A stretch of DNA of 53,726 nucleotides, filler included, from Sphacelaria rigidula (taxonomy: Eukaryota), in assembly GCA_964200075.2 (NCBI GenBank). It is 3 parts of 3 records of this genome, joined end to end, with 100 filler letters (N's around TTAATTAATTAA, not from the genome) between each part and the next. Parts side by side here need not be neighbours in the genome. Positions count along the whole stretch, not along the records: positions 1 to 17,849 come from CAXNAA020000982.1; positions 17,950 to 35,793 come from CAXNAA020000983.1; 1 more part is not named here. One strand, given 5' to 3'. The position numbers were made by a program, and so were the translations under genes. How positions within the stretch are numbered: the first letter of the stretch is position 1; each line of letters begins with the position of its first letter. Of the stretch, positions 13,764-24,900 are shown piece by piece. The notes beneath the pieces are model-generated. The model did no database searches. It was not told the DNA's origin and saw only the letters and a program-made list of their open reading frames with translations.

Positions 13764-14230
13764 GGCTACTTCTTACGTATCGAAAAGTGAAAGTTGTTGG
13801 AAAGTGCTTTTTTGTCCCTTCTCCGTCGTTTTTGTCCCCAAAAGAGGGCTAGGCGGACGTGGACACCTTGGGATGACTCGCTCTGCTCGCTGAGACCGTT
13901 CCAGAGCACCGTTGCGTTTTCTGTAGGTCACAGTTTCGTTCTTGGCCAAAAATGCATTTTCAATAACAAACGGTCAAGTTATCGAAAAAATGGCAGTTTT
14001 CCCCCTGTTTTTCGATAACTTGACCGTTTGTTATTGAAAATGCATTTATGGCCAAGAACAAAACTGTGAGCTACAGAAAGCGCGAAGGTGCTCTGGAACG
14101 GTCTCAGTGAGTAGAGCAAGTCATTCCAAGGTGTCCACATCCGCCTAGCCCTCTTTTGGGGACAAAAACGATGGAAAAGGGGCAAAATAGCACTTTTCAA
14201 CAACTTTCACTTTTCGATACGTAAGTAGCC
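13764..14230. mobile_element. Foldback (almost fully palindromic) non-autonomous element, PIF/Harbinger-like
   Basis: Arms ~13772-13989 and 14008-14225 are reverse complements (about 16 mismatches by eye) around an ~18-nt loop. Termini are GGC...GCC, flanked by TGA on both sides (13761-13763, 14231-14233). Confidence 0.75.
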
Positions 14231-14686
14231 TGATACTCTCGCTCTTCACCCTGCAGATTCTTGGCGACTGGCGTACCAACGCACATGCAAGAGTACCAGA
14301 GTGTAAGTCTTTGAAAGGTGGGGCTACACAACACCACGAACTAAATGCTCAGAACCTGCGCCACTGACCTGAAGCAAACCTGCAGCTAGTTGAAGTGGTG
14401 AAAATATCTGATGTCACCAGGAGCAAGTCGGTGAAACCGACGATAATTCACCATTGTGACCTTTCTGCAGTTCACGTGAGGGGAAAAAGGCTGAGGAATA
14501 AATGCCCGCGTTTTCAAATAGCTTACAGGTTGTATTTTCATACATTGTAGTCCGATCTCTTCGTGCATGCAGGATGTATACCGGACCAGGTTACGTCATC
14601 AACTCGCGAAGGGTTCCACATTTTCGCTGCTTGATGATCCTAGACGAGCTAAACCGCAAAGCGCTCGTTCCATGTTTGTGCCACAG

Positions 14687-17050
14687 GCAGAAAACTTTGT
14701 CTGGACGCCCTCACCATCGCTCTCAACGAGGCTTCCTCCTGGGGAGAGTCGTTTTTGCCGACAAAACAGTTGCAGCTGGCATCACTACAGCTCTGCATCG
14801 CTTGCCGCTGCGTAAGCACCCTGTGTGTGAAATTTGATGAATGTACACCGCGGAGGCTATGGACCGATCCCGGCGAGCAATCTTCGACTCCGACAGCTCG
14901 AAGGATGGACCGCAGCCATAAGAGTCGAGTGCCCCTGTTACGAGCGCATAGCGTTGTGTGTATGTCGAGTGCTGGCGCGGATATCATGTCTCGCGAGACC
15001 AATGTGCAGAACAACGTTCGGAACTTGTACTTCGATAGCATGTTTGACGGTAGTTTGGACAATGCTGTCTGGCCTCCGAGAGTCATGGAGGTTGTGTTCG
15101 GGGGACGTGGTAGTCGCAAACGAATAAAGTTCAATCAATCTATTACGGGTGTGGTGTGGCCTGCGTCGCTGCAATAGCTGACGTTCGGGGATGACTTCGA
15201 TTAGCCCATTGAGGATGTGTCGTGGCCTGCGTCATTGCAGCAGCTGGAGTTCGGAGAGTACTTCAACCACCCCATCGAGGATGTATCGTGGCCTACGTCG
15301 CTGCAGCAGTTGACATTCGGGAGGTGCTTCGATCAGTCTGTCGGAGGTGTGTCGTGGCCTGCATCGCTGCAACAGGTGACGTTCGGGGATGACTTCGACA
15401 AGCCCATCGAGGGTGTATCGTGGCCTGTATCGCTGCAGCAGCTGACGTTCGGGGGAAACTTCGACCACCCCATCGAAGATGTATGGTGGCCTGCGTCGCT
15501 GCAACAGCTGACGTTCGGAATTTGGTTCAATGAGCCTATCGAGGGTGTGGTGTGGCCAGCGTCGTTGCAACAGCTGACGTTCGGGGAAATATTCGATCAG
15601 CCCATCGAGGGTGTGAAGTGGCCTGCGTCATTGCAGCAGCTAGGGTTCGGAGAGTGCTTCAACCACCCCATCGAGGATGTATCGTGGCCTGCATCGCTGC
15701 AGCAGCTGAAATTCGGGGATGCTTTCGACCAGTCCTTTAAAGGTGTATCGTGGCCTGCGTCGCTGCAACAGCTGACGTTCGGGGAAATCTTCGATCAACC
15801 CATCGAGGGTGTGAAGTGGCCTGCATCATTGCAGCAGCTGGAGTTCGGAGAGTACTTCAACCACCCCATCGAGGATGTATCGTGGCCTGCATCGCTGCAG
15901 CAGCTAACATTCGGAAGGTGCTTCGACCAGTCCTTTAAAGGTGTGTCGTGGCCTGCGTCGCTGCAACAGGTGACGTTCGGGGATGACTTCTATGAGCCCA
16001 TCGAGGGTGTGTCGTGGCCTGCGTCATTGCAGCAGCTGGAGTTCGGAGGGCACTTCAACCACCCCATCGAGGGTGTATCGTAACCTGCATCGCTGCAGCA
16101 GCTGACATTCGGGGATGCCTTCGACCAGCCTATTAGAGGTGTGTCGTGGCCTGCGTCGCTGCAACAGGTGACGTTCGGGGATGACTTCGATCAGGCCATT
16201 GAGGGTGTGGCGTGGCCTGCGTCATTGCAGCAGCTGACATTCGGAGAGCACTTCAACCACCCCATCAGGGGTGTATCGTGGCCTGCATCGCTGCAGCAGC
16301 TGACATTCGGAATACGCTTCGACCAGCCCATTAGAGGTGTGTCGTGGCCTGCGTCGCTGCAGCAGCTGGCGGTCGGGGATAACTTCGATAAGCCCATCGA
16401 CGGTGTGGTGTGGCCTGCGTCATTGCAGCGGCTAGGGTTCGGAAAGCGCTTCGACCAGTCCGTTAGAGGTGTATCGTGGCCTGCATCGCTGCAGCAGCTG
16501 ACGTTCGGGGATGACTTCAACCAGCCCATCAAGGGTGTAGCCTAGCCTATGTCGCTGAAGCGGCTGACGTTCGGAATTCGCTTCAACCAGCCCATCGACG
16601 TTGGGTCATGGCCTGCGTCGCTGCAGCGGGTCACGTTTAGGTTTTGGTGATGTTTGGGGGATTTTGATCACCCCATCGAGGGTGTGGCGTGGCCTGCGTC
16701 GCTGCAGCAGCTGACGTTCGAACATCGCTTCAACCAGCCCATCAAGGTGTAGCGTGGCCATCTTCGCTAAAGCAGCTGACGAACGGAAATGATTTTGACG
16801 AGTCCATCAAGGGTATGGCTTGGCCAGCGTCGTCCAGCAGCTGATAGTCGGACATCGCTTCAACTAGCACATCGAGGGTGTGGCGTGGCCCACGTCGCTG
16901 CAGCAGCCGGCGTTTGGACAAGATTTCATTGATCAGATTGGGCATAAAGCGTGGTGACCTACTCGTGTGCAGCAGCTGATGTTCGGAGGAGGCTGTTACC
17001 AGCCAGTTATGGTTGTGGCGTGGCCTGCGTCCGTCTAGCGGCTGGTATTC
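14687..17050 (+). pseudogene. FNIP-repeat (22-aa LRR-like) gene, disrupted
   Basis: An N-terminal region open from an acceptor at 14686 is followed by tandem F(N/D)xPIxGVxWPASLQQLTFGxx units. In-frame stops occur at 15175, 15202, 16081 and 16543, with frameshifts and decay after ~16640. Confidence 0.85.
15130..17050 (+). repeat. 66-bp coding tandem repeat array (~29 units) with a 198-bp higher-order period
   Basis: The motif tggcctgcgtcgctgcagcagctgacgttcgg recurs every 66 bp. Near-identical three-unit blocks start at 15574 and 15772. Confidence 0.93.
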
Positions 17051-17691
17051 AGGCGGCGGGACTTAGCACGAACCTTTTGGCGTCCGGAGGTCGCTTGAGC
17101 CGGCCAGTCGGGGGTAGTTGTGTATCATCTGTATGGAATAATTGGGCACTTGTGTACCATCTGTAAGGGAAATATATATATTTCCCTGCGCGTTGACTGT
17201 CCTGTACGTTGCTGCATGTACACACGGTAATTGAAAGAGAGCAGCTGCCCCAAATAATATTGGCTGGCACGCCGTGCGCGATGTCACGCCAGTTAGCTCA
17301 TGTTTTCACGATGCAAGCCATCAGTCCCGATGAGAGCGTACGATATCCGTGGGAGACTCCTCTTCGTGTTTCTCAATGAACAACATGCATTGCATTGCAA
17401 GCGCAAATCAGTGTTCTGCTTACTATCTTTCACGATTGGTTTCCCCCTTAAATAACGCCCCCCTCCCGGTTTTGCTTTTCACACCAACATAGACTTGTGA
17501 ATGGGTTCGAAGAACCACGTAACTGAACGTAGCACACTCCAACGAACGACAACTGCATGCTGAAACCTGATTATTGACCCCGTACCTTCGCCAGCAGTGT
17601 TGCTTGGTGAGGCAACGCGGCAGGAGTTGCGCTGACGCCCCCGCCCCTTTCGACTTGTGAGCCCCCCCCCCCCCCCCCCGCGAGACGGAAA

Positions 17692-17760
17692 GTGCCCCGT
17701 CTCGAAAGGGATGCGTGGTCGATGGTCAAACGAATAAGGCAAGCAACAAATGAGCACGCC
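17692..17760 (+). repeat. Dispersed poly-C-flanked repeat (other copies ~51161-51230 and ~51305-51380)
   Basis: Shared sequence ccgtctcgaaagggatgcgtggtc.atg.tcaaacga.taaggcaagcaacaaa; all three copies lie next to N gaps. Confidence 0.7.
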
Positions 17761-17779
17761 CTCCCCCTTCCCCCGAGAC

Positions 17780-17849
17780 TGTTTCTTTCTGGATGTACAA
17801 AAGGCTTATGACACAGTATGGAGAAATGGGTTGTGGAAGAATTGTGGGA
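17780..17849 (+). mobile_element. Non-LTR retrotransposon (LINE) RT fragment, truncated by the assembly gap
   Basis: Translates as CFFLDVQKAYDTVWRNGLWK, matching the LINE RT FLDxxKAYDxV motif. Confidence 0.8.
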
Positions 17850-17949
17850 NNNNNNNNNNNNNNNNNNNNNNNNNNNNNNNNNNNNNNNNNNNNTTAATTA
17901 ATTAANNNNNNNNNNNNNNNNNNNNNNNNNNNNNNNNNNNNNNNNNNNN
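17850..17949. other. Assembly spacer (44 N + TTAATTAATTAA + 44 N)
   Basis: Exactly 100 bp with a six-frame stop linker; identical to 35794-35893. Confidence 0.95.
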
Positions 17950-18983
17950 ATGGTCTGATGACTATGGCAGGCATGATCATGAGTACACCCCCCCCCCTCG
18001 AATGCACCAATTGGCGTCTTCCGAGGCATTCATGTCTCTTTTAGAGTCAACAGTGTCCTGATCATGGTGATGATTTGGCCTCAAAACATCCACCAACCGC
18101 GTTGCGACCGTCTGTGTTGTTGAGCTCCTCCCCTTGTGTATTCCGTGTGTGCTTGGTGAATGTGATCGTTTAGCGTCTTGACCGGTGCTGCTTCGTTCGC
18201 AGAGAGAAAAAAGGTGAAGCTCTCCAGTCGCATCGAATGAGTCCGTCCCGACGCGCGCTGCTGGTTTACTCTTTGTGGCTTTCATCTCCACGGCTGCCTG
18301 GTTCGTGCTGATCGAATCCGCTTGTCCTATGTAAAATTAACAGCGTGAAAGTTCTCAGGAGGCCCAGAGCCAAGTCGTCAGAGTATAGGAAAACCATGAT
18401 CCCAGGGTTGCGCCAAACATCTGGGGTATTTACAGCGCTGCAGGGGCATATTTGCTCATGACTAAACTAATTCGTTGTCCCCGTCTGCCTTGGTGGCCGT
18501 AAGGTCATTTTTTGGCATATCGTACTCTTCAGGAGTACTCCTCTGGCGCTTGGCGCTCGGCTCCGGTTCAGCATGCAGCCAAGGAACAATGAGCGCGCCG
18601 ACTCAAGTATAAGCAGCAAATAAATTACCATTTAGCAACCTAATCCAAGCAATTGATAATATGACCATTATCGCGCTGTGTGGGACGCGCACTCTTATTG
18701 GACCACCACGTGTCACAGCAATTTTCTACGGTGGCGTGTAGGCTCCCTTCGCAACAACAGACAACTAGGGCCTATTTTCGCCCGTCCTTTCAACAAGATA
18801 CTACATACAATATACTCAATACACGACATTTTCGACACAATTGATTGAGAATTTCGCTCAAGAGTGACCGCAGATTAGGTCACTCGTTGGCCAAGGATTA
18901 CCGGTCGATCAGATTCCCCCAGCGGTTTTTACTTCGCCGATTGGGGAACCGCGCGCCACTCATCCCGTCCGAGCCGCTTGCTT

Positions 18984-21900
18984 CTAATCTGATGTTTCCG
19001 GCAAAGCTACCCTGTGCAAGTCAGACGGTGTCAAAGCTCGGAACGCCCCAATGCTATCCACCAGCCACAACGGTCTCACGACCTCCACACACACACCCAG
19101 CCCCGCGCCCCCAGTCTTGCCGCAGGCCCCGGGCAATCCGTGCATTCCTGCTGACTTCTCTGCAAGAGCACGCAATTCTCTCGAAAGCGCCACGGCGTCT
19201 CGTTCGGGGGAGGACGCGGAAGCCTGGAACAAAACGACTCGACGGAGTCGTGGTCGCTGTTGCTGCGGTGATCGTTTTCTGCGATCGTTCCCAGCATGAT
19301 CGCTGTCATCATCGTCCCTGGCAAGGTTTCTTTCGTTGGCGGTGTCGAAGAGCGATGCAAGTGTGTCCTCGACAATTCCGCCATTAACGATCAACATGGG
19401 CACGAGCTCCGACCGTGGGGGTGATTCCGTCCCAAAGTCCCCCCGGAAGTGAAATATGGTATTCTCGAACAGCCCACGTCGGCCCTGAGATTTGCCATAT
19501 TTTCCCCGAGAAGGGCAAGAAAAAGGCAAGACCGATCAGTTTTCAGATTCTTCCATTGATGTTGAGCGCCACCACAACATATGGCGATAAACAATACAGA
19601 CTCTTCAACCGTGTCTTCGATGCTAACAAGTACAACATCGACCGTGTCTTCGACGCCCATCGCGGCACATATCAACACTCTGTACCAGCATTTGCTTCAC
19701 CATCGCTGTGCCATGTGTGAAACGAAAACAAGACGTATGTCCAATGCTCGCGAATATGAGCCTGAATAACTGACTGCTCACAACGTGTACAACAAATTCT
19801 GCCGCATTTTATGTGACATTTTTGTTCTCGTCACAATTCCAGCCCCTTCCTCTCCTGTAAACGGGCTACTGGTCTCACGGGGTCATACCATCCATCTCCC
19901 GTCCGGTACCTGCCCGCTATTTTCACATCTCAGATCATATCAGCATTCCCGCACCCCCTACCGTACTCTCGTCGAATCATCTCCGCAACTATCGGAAATT
20001 GGACTCGCGACCACCTGCCCTACCTGGCTATCGGCGTATCACTTAGGCCAACCGGGTGCAACGATAGGTGGAACCCCATAAGCAAACACGACAAAAACTC
20101 CTCACCAAGTTCGCGTGCGATAACCTCGACCTCCTCGGGGCGGACGGCACTTCACTTTTCTTGTCGCCGGTTATCTCAAAGTCTTCCTCCGAGACATGGC
20201 TGCTTTGTCGCTGGCACTCTTTTAGCCAGACGTCACTGACGATCCACTTTCCCGCCGCCACCGCCCGCAAGTATTTGACGCTGCGGATCTTGACCGTTTT
20301 GGTGCCCTGCTCCGCCCCGCACACCACGTGGGTCGTGCCTTCTGTGTACTTCGGCTCCACAGTCCAGCCGCGGCTGCATTGATGATGTTCGAGTCGGTTC
20401 CAGTCGACAGAGAATGGAACGGATCGGTTTGTTGGTGGATGAATTGGGTGGGCACAGGTGCGGCGATGGGGACCGGAAAAGGGGTAGGTGAAAACGAAAA
20501 TTGTGTACCCAGCACATGAAAAAACGGCGTGCAACGGCAGCACCAGAGAAGAAATGCTAGTGACCGGTCACGTGTGCTAAAAAGAGGCCGGAAACTAGAC
20601 GTATGCAGCGAAAAACAGTAAGAGCTTGTGTATGAAAATCCCTGCCGCAATGACAAGGACAACCGTTTATATTTAGCCCACAGGATAAAAAGGAATAAAA
20701 ACGTCGACATACAAGCACAGGATCCAAGCATGGGGATGATTTTGCAGTGAATCAAATTATTTGCGCGAAACGCGATTATGGCCGGGCGTTCAAGATCGGC
20801 ACCCGGCAAACATTGAGGACCCTTTGAAATCAGGCGAAGAACTGAAACATGGGACATGTCCTGTCTCACTGTACTGCGGCACAAACACACTCACGTCCTC
20901 CATCATGTCCTATAGCTATAGTTGTTTTGTGGTGAGTATAGACCTTCGCAAAGACGGTTTTGGTCTCCGCCGAGATTGCATGAGCTACTGTACTGGTGCG
21001 TTCGTCTGTCCGTAGAAAATAGTATCAACTGGGACGCATTGCTGTCTACACATTGACTGTTGAAAACTCCTCTGTGTGTTGACTGTCTAGTCTCCCGTAA
21101 AACGAACAAGGCGCTAATCAGACCCACCATTTGCGCGATGCTAAACACAGCTGGGTAAAGACACACAACCAGCGTCGGTATACAGCGCTCGACCGGCTTG
21201 GCCAGACCCCTTGCTCCGATGAAAGGAGCAACCCACAGCATAGTGCGGATATACTGCACCGCCAGGGAACTGACTGCACCCAGGAGCACGGCGGCCGCTG
21301 CCACTGGCATCGGTGCGAGGGTACGCGGTCACGGAAAGACACAACTAGCCATACCAAGATGGTGATATACCGATACACGAGCATCACCATGACACCATGC
21401 GGCAGCAATGTACCACTCGCTGTCTGCTCGTCTGCTTGCTGCTTCGTTTCTCTGCTGCTGCTCTATTCGTCCCGGCGCAACTCTCCGTTCATGTACAGTA
21501 GTACACACATTGCAGGTATGGCTCGAGTGTGCGAGCCAATCACAAGCATTTTCATTATATATTTCACTACAAAAGTCGCGTTTCATTGGCGCCACATTCC
21601 GCCGATTCCTTACTGAAGGGCCTCTGACTGCTTAAATTTCACATTTCACTACAAAAACCTACCCCCATGTATGGGCGTAGTGCCAAAAAATAAAACGGCA
21701 GAACCAGAGAAGAACGTCTAGTGAGCGACCACGTGTGCTGAAAAGAGACCGGCAACTCAAAATAAGTGGCGAAAAAAGGAACAGTAAGTGTTTGAAAATT
21801 TCTCCCGGAATGACAAGGACGACGACCGTTGAGCCCACGGGACAAGGGAGAAAAGAAACATCGACACGCATGAATAATCAAGGGTGAACACTTCTCAAGC

Positions 21901-24900
21901 ACCTATTGCATATACTGCATATACTCTCACCTCTTGGCCACCTTGTCCGCGAGCTTTGTCATGTCCGGCTTCAGCCCGCTTAACGTTATCACCACTGCCC
22001 CACCACGCCCCTGGCTCCCCGCGGATCGCCCACCAACCCTGCCAATGCCGCAAACACCGCTAACCCTAGTGATGCCCTTGCTCCCGCCACGGCCACCACG
22101 TGACGACTCCAGCTTTGCCGCAGTCGGGGCGCTGCCACTGCTCTTGCCGGACCGCGCTCGCTTGCCCGCTCGGCTCCTTTCACTTGCGCCCGTTGGGGAC
22201 GGCGACGGCGGCGGCGGCTGATGCCGTGCAACGGCGGCAGGCGTGCCCTTCTTTTCCCGTGAGGTGATGATCGCTGTTGTTCGCCCACTGCGATTTGGTC
22301 TTGCCCTTCCCGCTGCCACAACGTCAGGCTCGCTTCCATCTCCCTCGCCGCCTTCGGAATCGTGTTCATCGTGAGCGTCGTGTTCCTCGCTGCTGCTTAC
22401 TTCAGCATAATGTTTTCTCTTCCTTCTCATACTGCTTCTTCTGACGTTACTTTCGATACCGCCCCCCGCTCCCGCCGCTGCTGCGGCCTTGCCTTTACCT
22501 TCACCTTTCTCTCGCCGCACAGCACTTTCTGTAGTTACACTCCCGCCGCCGCTGCTGACACTTCTTCCTTTACTCCCACCGCCGTGATCGGGAGACTTCC
22601 CTCGAGAGCGGCGAGCCCGCGACGATCCGGTCATCTCGACCGAATCGACCACTCCGTGCTTGCGTGCCTCCCTCTTGATCGGTGGGATCTTTGCGGCCTC
22701 ATTCTCTCGCTTTTTTTCCTTTGCCGCTGGGTTGCCTTCCTTGGTGGGATCGAGGTCCTCGCCCGAATCGTATTCCAGCAGAAGCTCGGGGTGCTGAGTG
22801 TCTCCGAGGAGCGCGTTGAGGCAAGCCGCGTTGGCCAATCCCGCCGCGGTATCGGCAGAGCTGATTCCCCTGGTTGCGCGGTGGGTCCTCTTTTTCGCCG
22901 AGGAATTGCCACCTTCTACACCAGCTCTTGCCGACGCAACCGTCGAGCCGTCACGGCGTCTCTTGCCGCCGCCACTACCCCCGCCAGCAGCGGCAGGACC
23001 AGCGACACTGCCGTTGCGGTCAACACTCTCGCCGTCTACATCGTACTTCGAGAGGAGGGCCGCGGATACCCCCTTGTCCGTTCCCCCCCGCAATAGGTAC
23101 TTCACATCGTAGCGAAGCCCAGTTGGATCCACGCGTGTGACTCTCCCTACCCCTCCCTCCTTGTTTAGCCCCGGTGACGTCTGCGAGCGTACGTCAACCA
23201 CATCACCAACCTTGTACGCGGGTAACCGTGGTGTGTTGACAATCGGTGTCGCAGGCGACAAGACCCCTGTTGCGGGAGTACCAATCGTCCTTGACGCGGA
23301 GGATGATGCCTTGGGCGTGGCTTCCAACGGCGGAAGCACGGCTCGTGCCGGCGGATTGGTTGTGTGATTTCCCGGGGGTAAGGTAGGGACTGGCCGCCGT
23401 CGTCGAGGTACCGCCGACGGCGGCGAAGTCTCCGAGTCAGCAGACAAATTGATTGTGTGATTGTCTGCATTCTTCTCCAGGAGAGATGGGGACGAAGTAT
23501 TACAGCCGATCTTCGGCGACTGCGGTCGATCGAACACCATGTTGGCAACGTTGCCCGAGCCAAGTAGATTGCCGATCGCGCCGCCCGACTCTGCACGGGA
23601 GCTTCCAACTTGAGCTTCCAGCTGGGGACACCCATTGTTGAGGGAAGAATGGGACAAGGATGGGGCTACGGCTGTTGATGAGCCCGGGGTTCGCGGTGTC
23701 TTCTGGTTCACCTTGGCGCTTCCAGGTGTCGTCGTACCAGGATCTACGGTCGACTCTCTCGCCGTCACCATCTCGCAAGAATCACGATCACTCCATTCAG
23801 CATCCGCTGTAGGTTCATCTTCGTGAAGGCCTAGTCTGGCGAAGGGCAAAGCAGGCGGAGGCAGCGGCGATCTTCTCTCAAATTCAGCCCCGATGATGAT
23901 CGGTGGCGTGCCACCTGTAACGGTCTCGCGTGTCTCCATAGCAAAAAGTGTTTGGCCCGCCTCTTCTTCACCTTGGCCCACTTTCTCATCACAGAATTCG
24001 AAGACCCGGGTGACCGTTCCGTTCACGGGTAATTTTTGTTCCGCGTCGACAAGGAGAGCTGTCTCTTCATCTTCCGGTCGTTGGGTATCTATTTTGCTCG
24101 TATCTTGCTCCTCGTCCTGCCTTTCCCGCTGCACTCTACCTCCATCTTGCTTTTTCTGTCGAGATATCACGTCAGCCGTACCGTTGTCATCTTTGCCGTA
24201 ATCCTGCGCTCCAATGCCGCCTGAATCCCACTCTTCGCCTATTTCCGGAATTCTTTCCTCGGAATCATGATTCCCATTCAAGCCACTGCCTCCGCCGCCG
24301 CCACCCGCGGCCGATACGCTGGCCGCAGCAGGGTTGTCACCCCGCCCGCTCGTAACTCCTCCTCTCCGTTGACCTTTTCTTTGCTTTGCCTGACGCCTCC
24401 TTTGAGGAAGAACATCGCAACCAGCATTTCGATTTGTAGTTTTCTCTCGGGAAACATCATCAGAAACGTCAGACGGCGCAAATTCCTCTCCCTCCTCTTT
24501 TTGGTCCTCCTTCTCCTCTCCCTCGTCTTCTTTTTCCTCTCCTTCTTGCTTCTCCTTCTTTTCTTCCTCTCCTTTTGTCTCCCCTTCTTGCTCCTCCTTC
24601 TCCTCTTCTGCTCCCTGCCCTTCTTGCTTCTCCTTCTCCTCGTCCTTCTCATCTTCCTGCTCCATGCTCACTGCCAGAGTCGATGCGCGATTTCTGCTTG
24701 TAACCATACCCTGGGATGCGGGAGGCCGAGAGGTCGAAGCTGAAACAGCGGCACTCGTGGAAATGTTAGCAGCAGCCAAAGCGGGAGAAGCAACCGCGAC
24801 TACATCAGAAGAGGGTGCAGCACTACCAGACCGTTTTCGCCTGGCAGAATTAGGCACAGCTCCACCCCGGCCGCCAACCGTGCCACTGCCGCCGTTGCTG

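Noticed and set aside
15175-15204. Alternative genetic code (TAG = Gln)
   Set aside because: Other stops replace Trp codons, the array decays with frameshifts downstream, and TAG/TAA terminate the BRCA1-like and SKA1 genes normally.
15130-17050. CRISPR-like array (constant blocks alternating with variable blocks)
   Set aside because: The strict 66-bp period keeps a reading frame encoding FNIP repeats. The variable parts are homologous to each other, there are no cas genes, and the context is eukaryotic.
17894-17905. TTAATTAATTAA as a biological palindrome or TTAA target site
   Set aside because: It is centred in N runs and repeated identically at 35838-35849, so it is an assembly linker.
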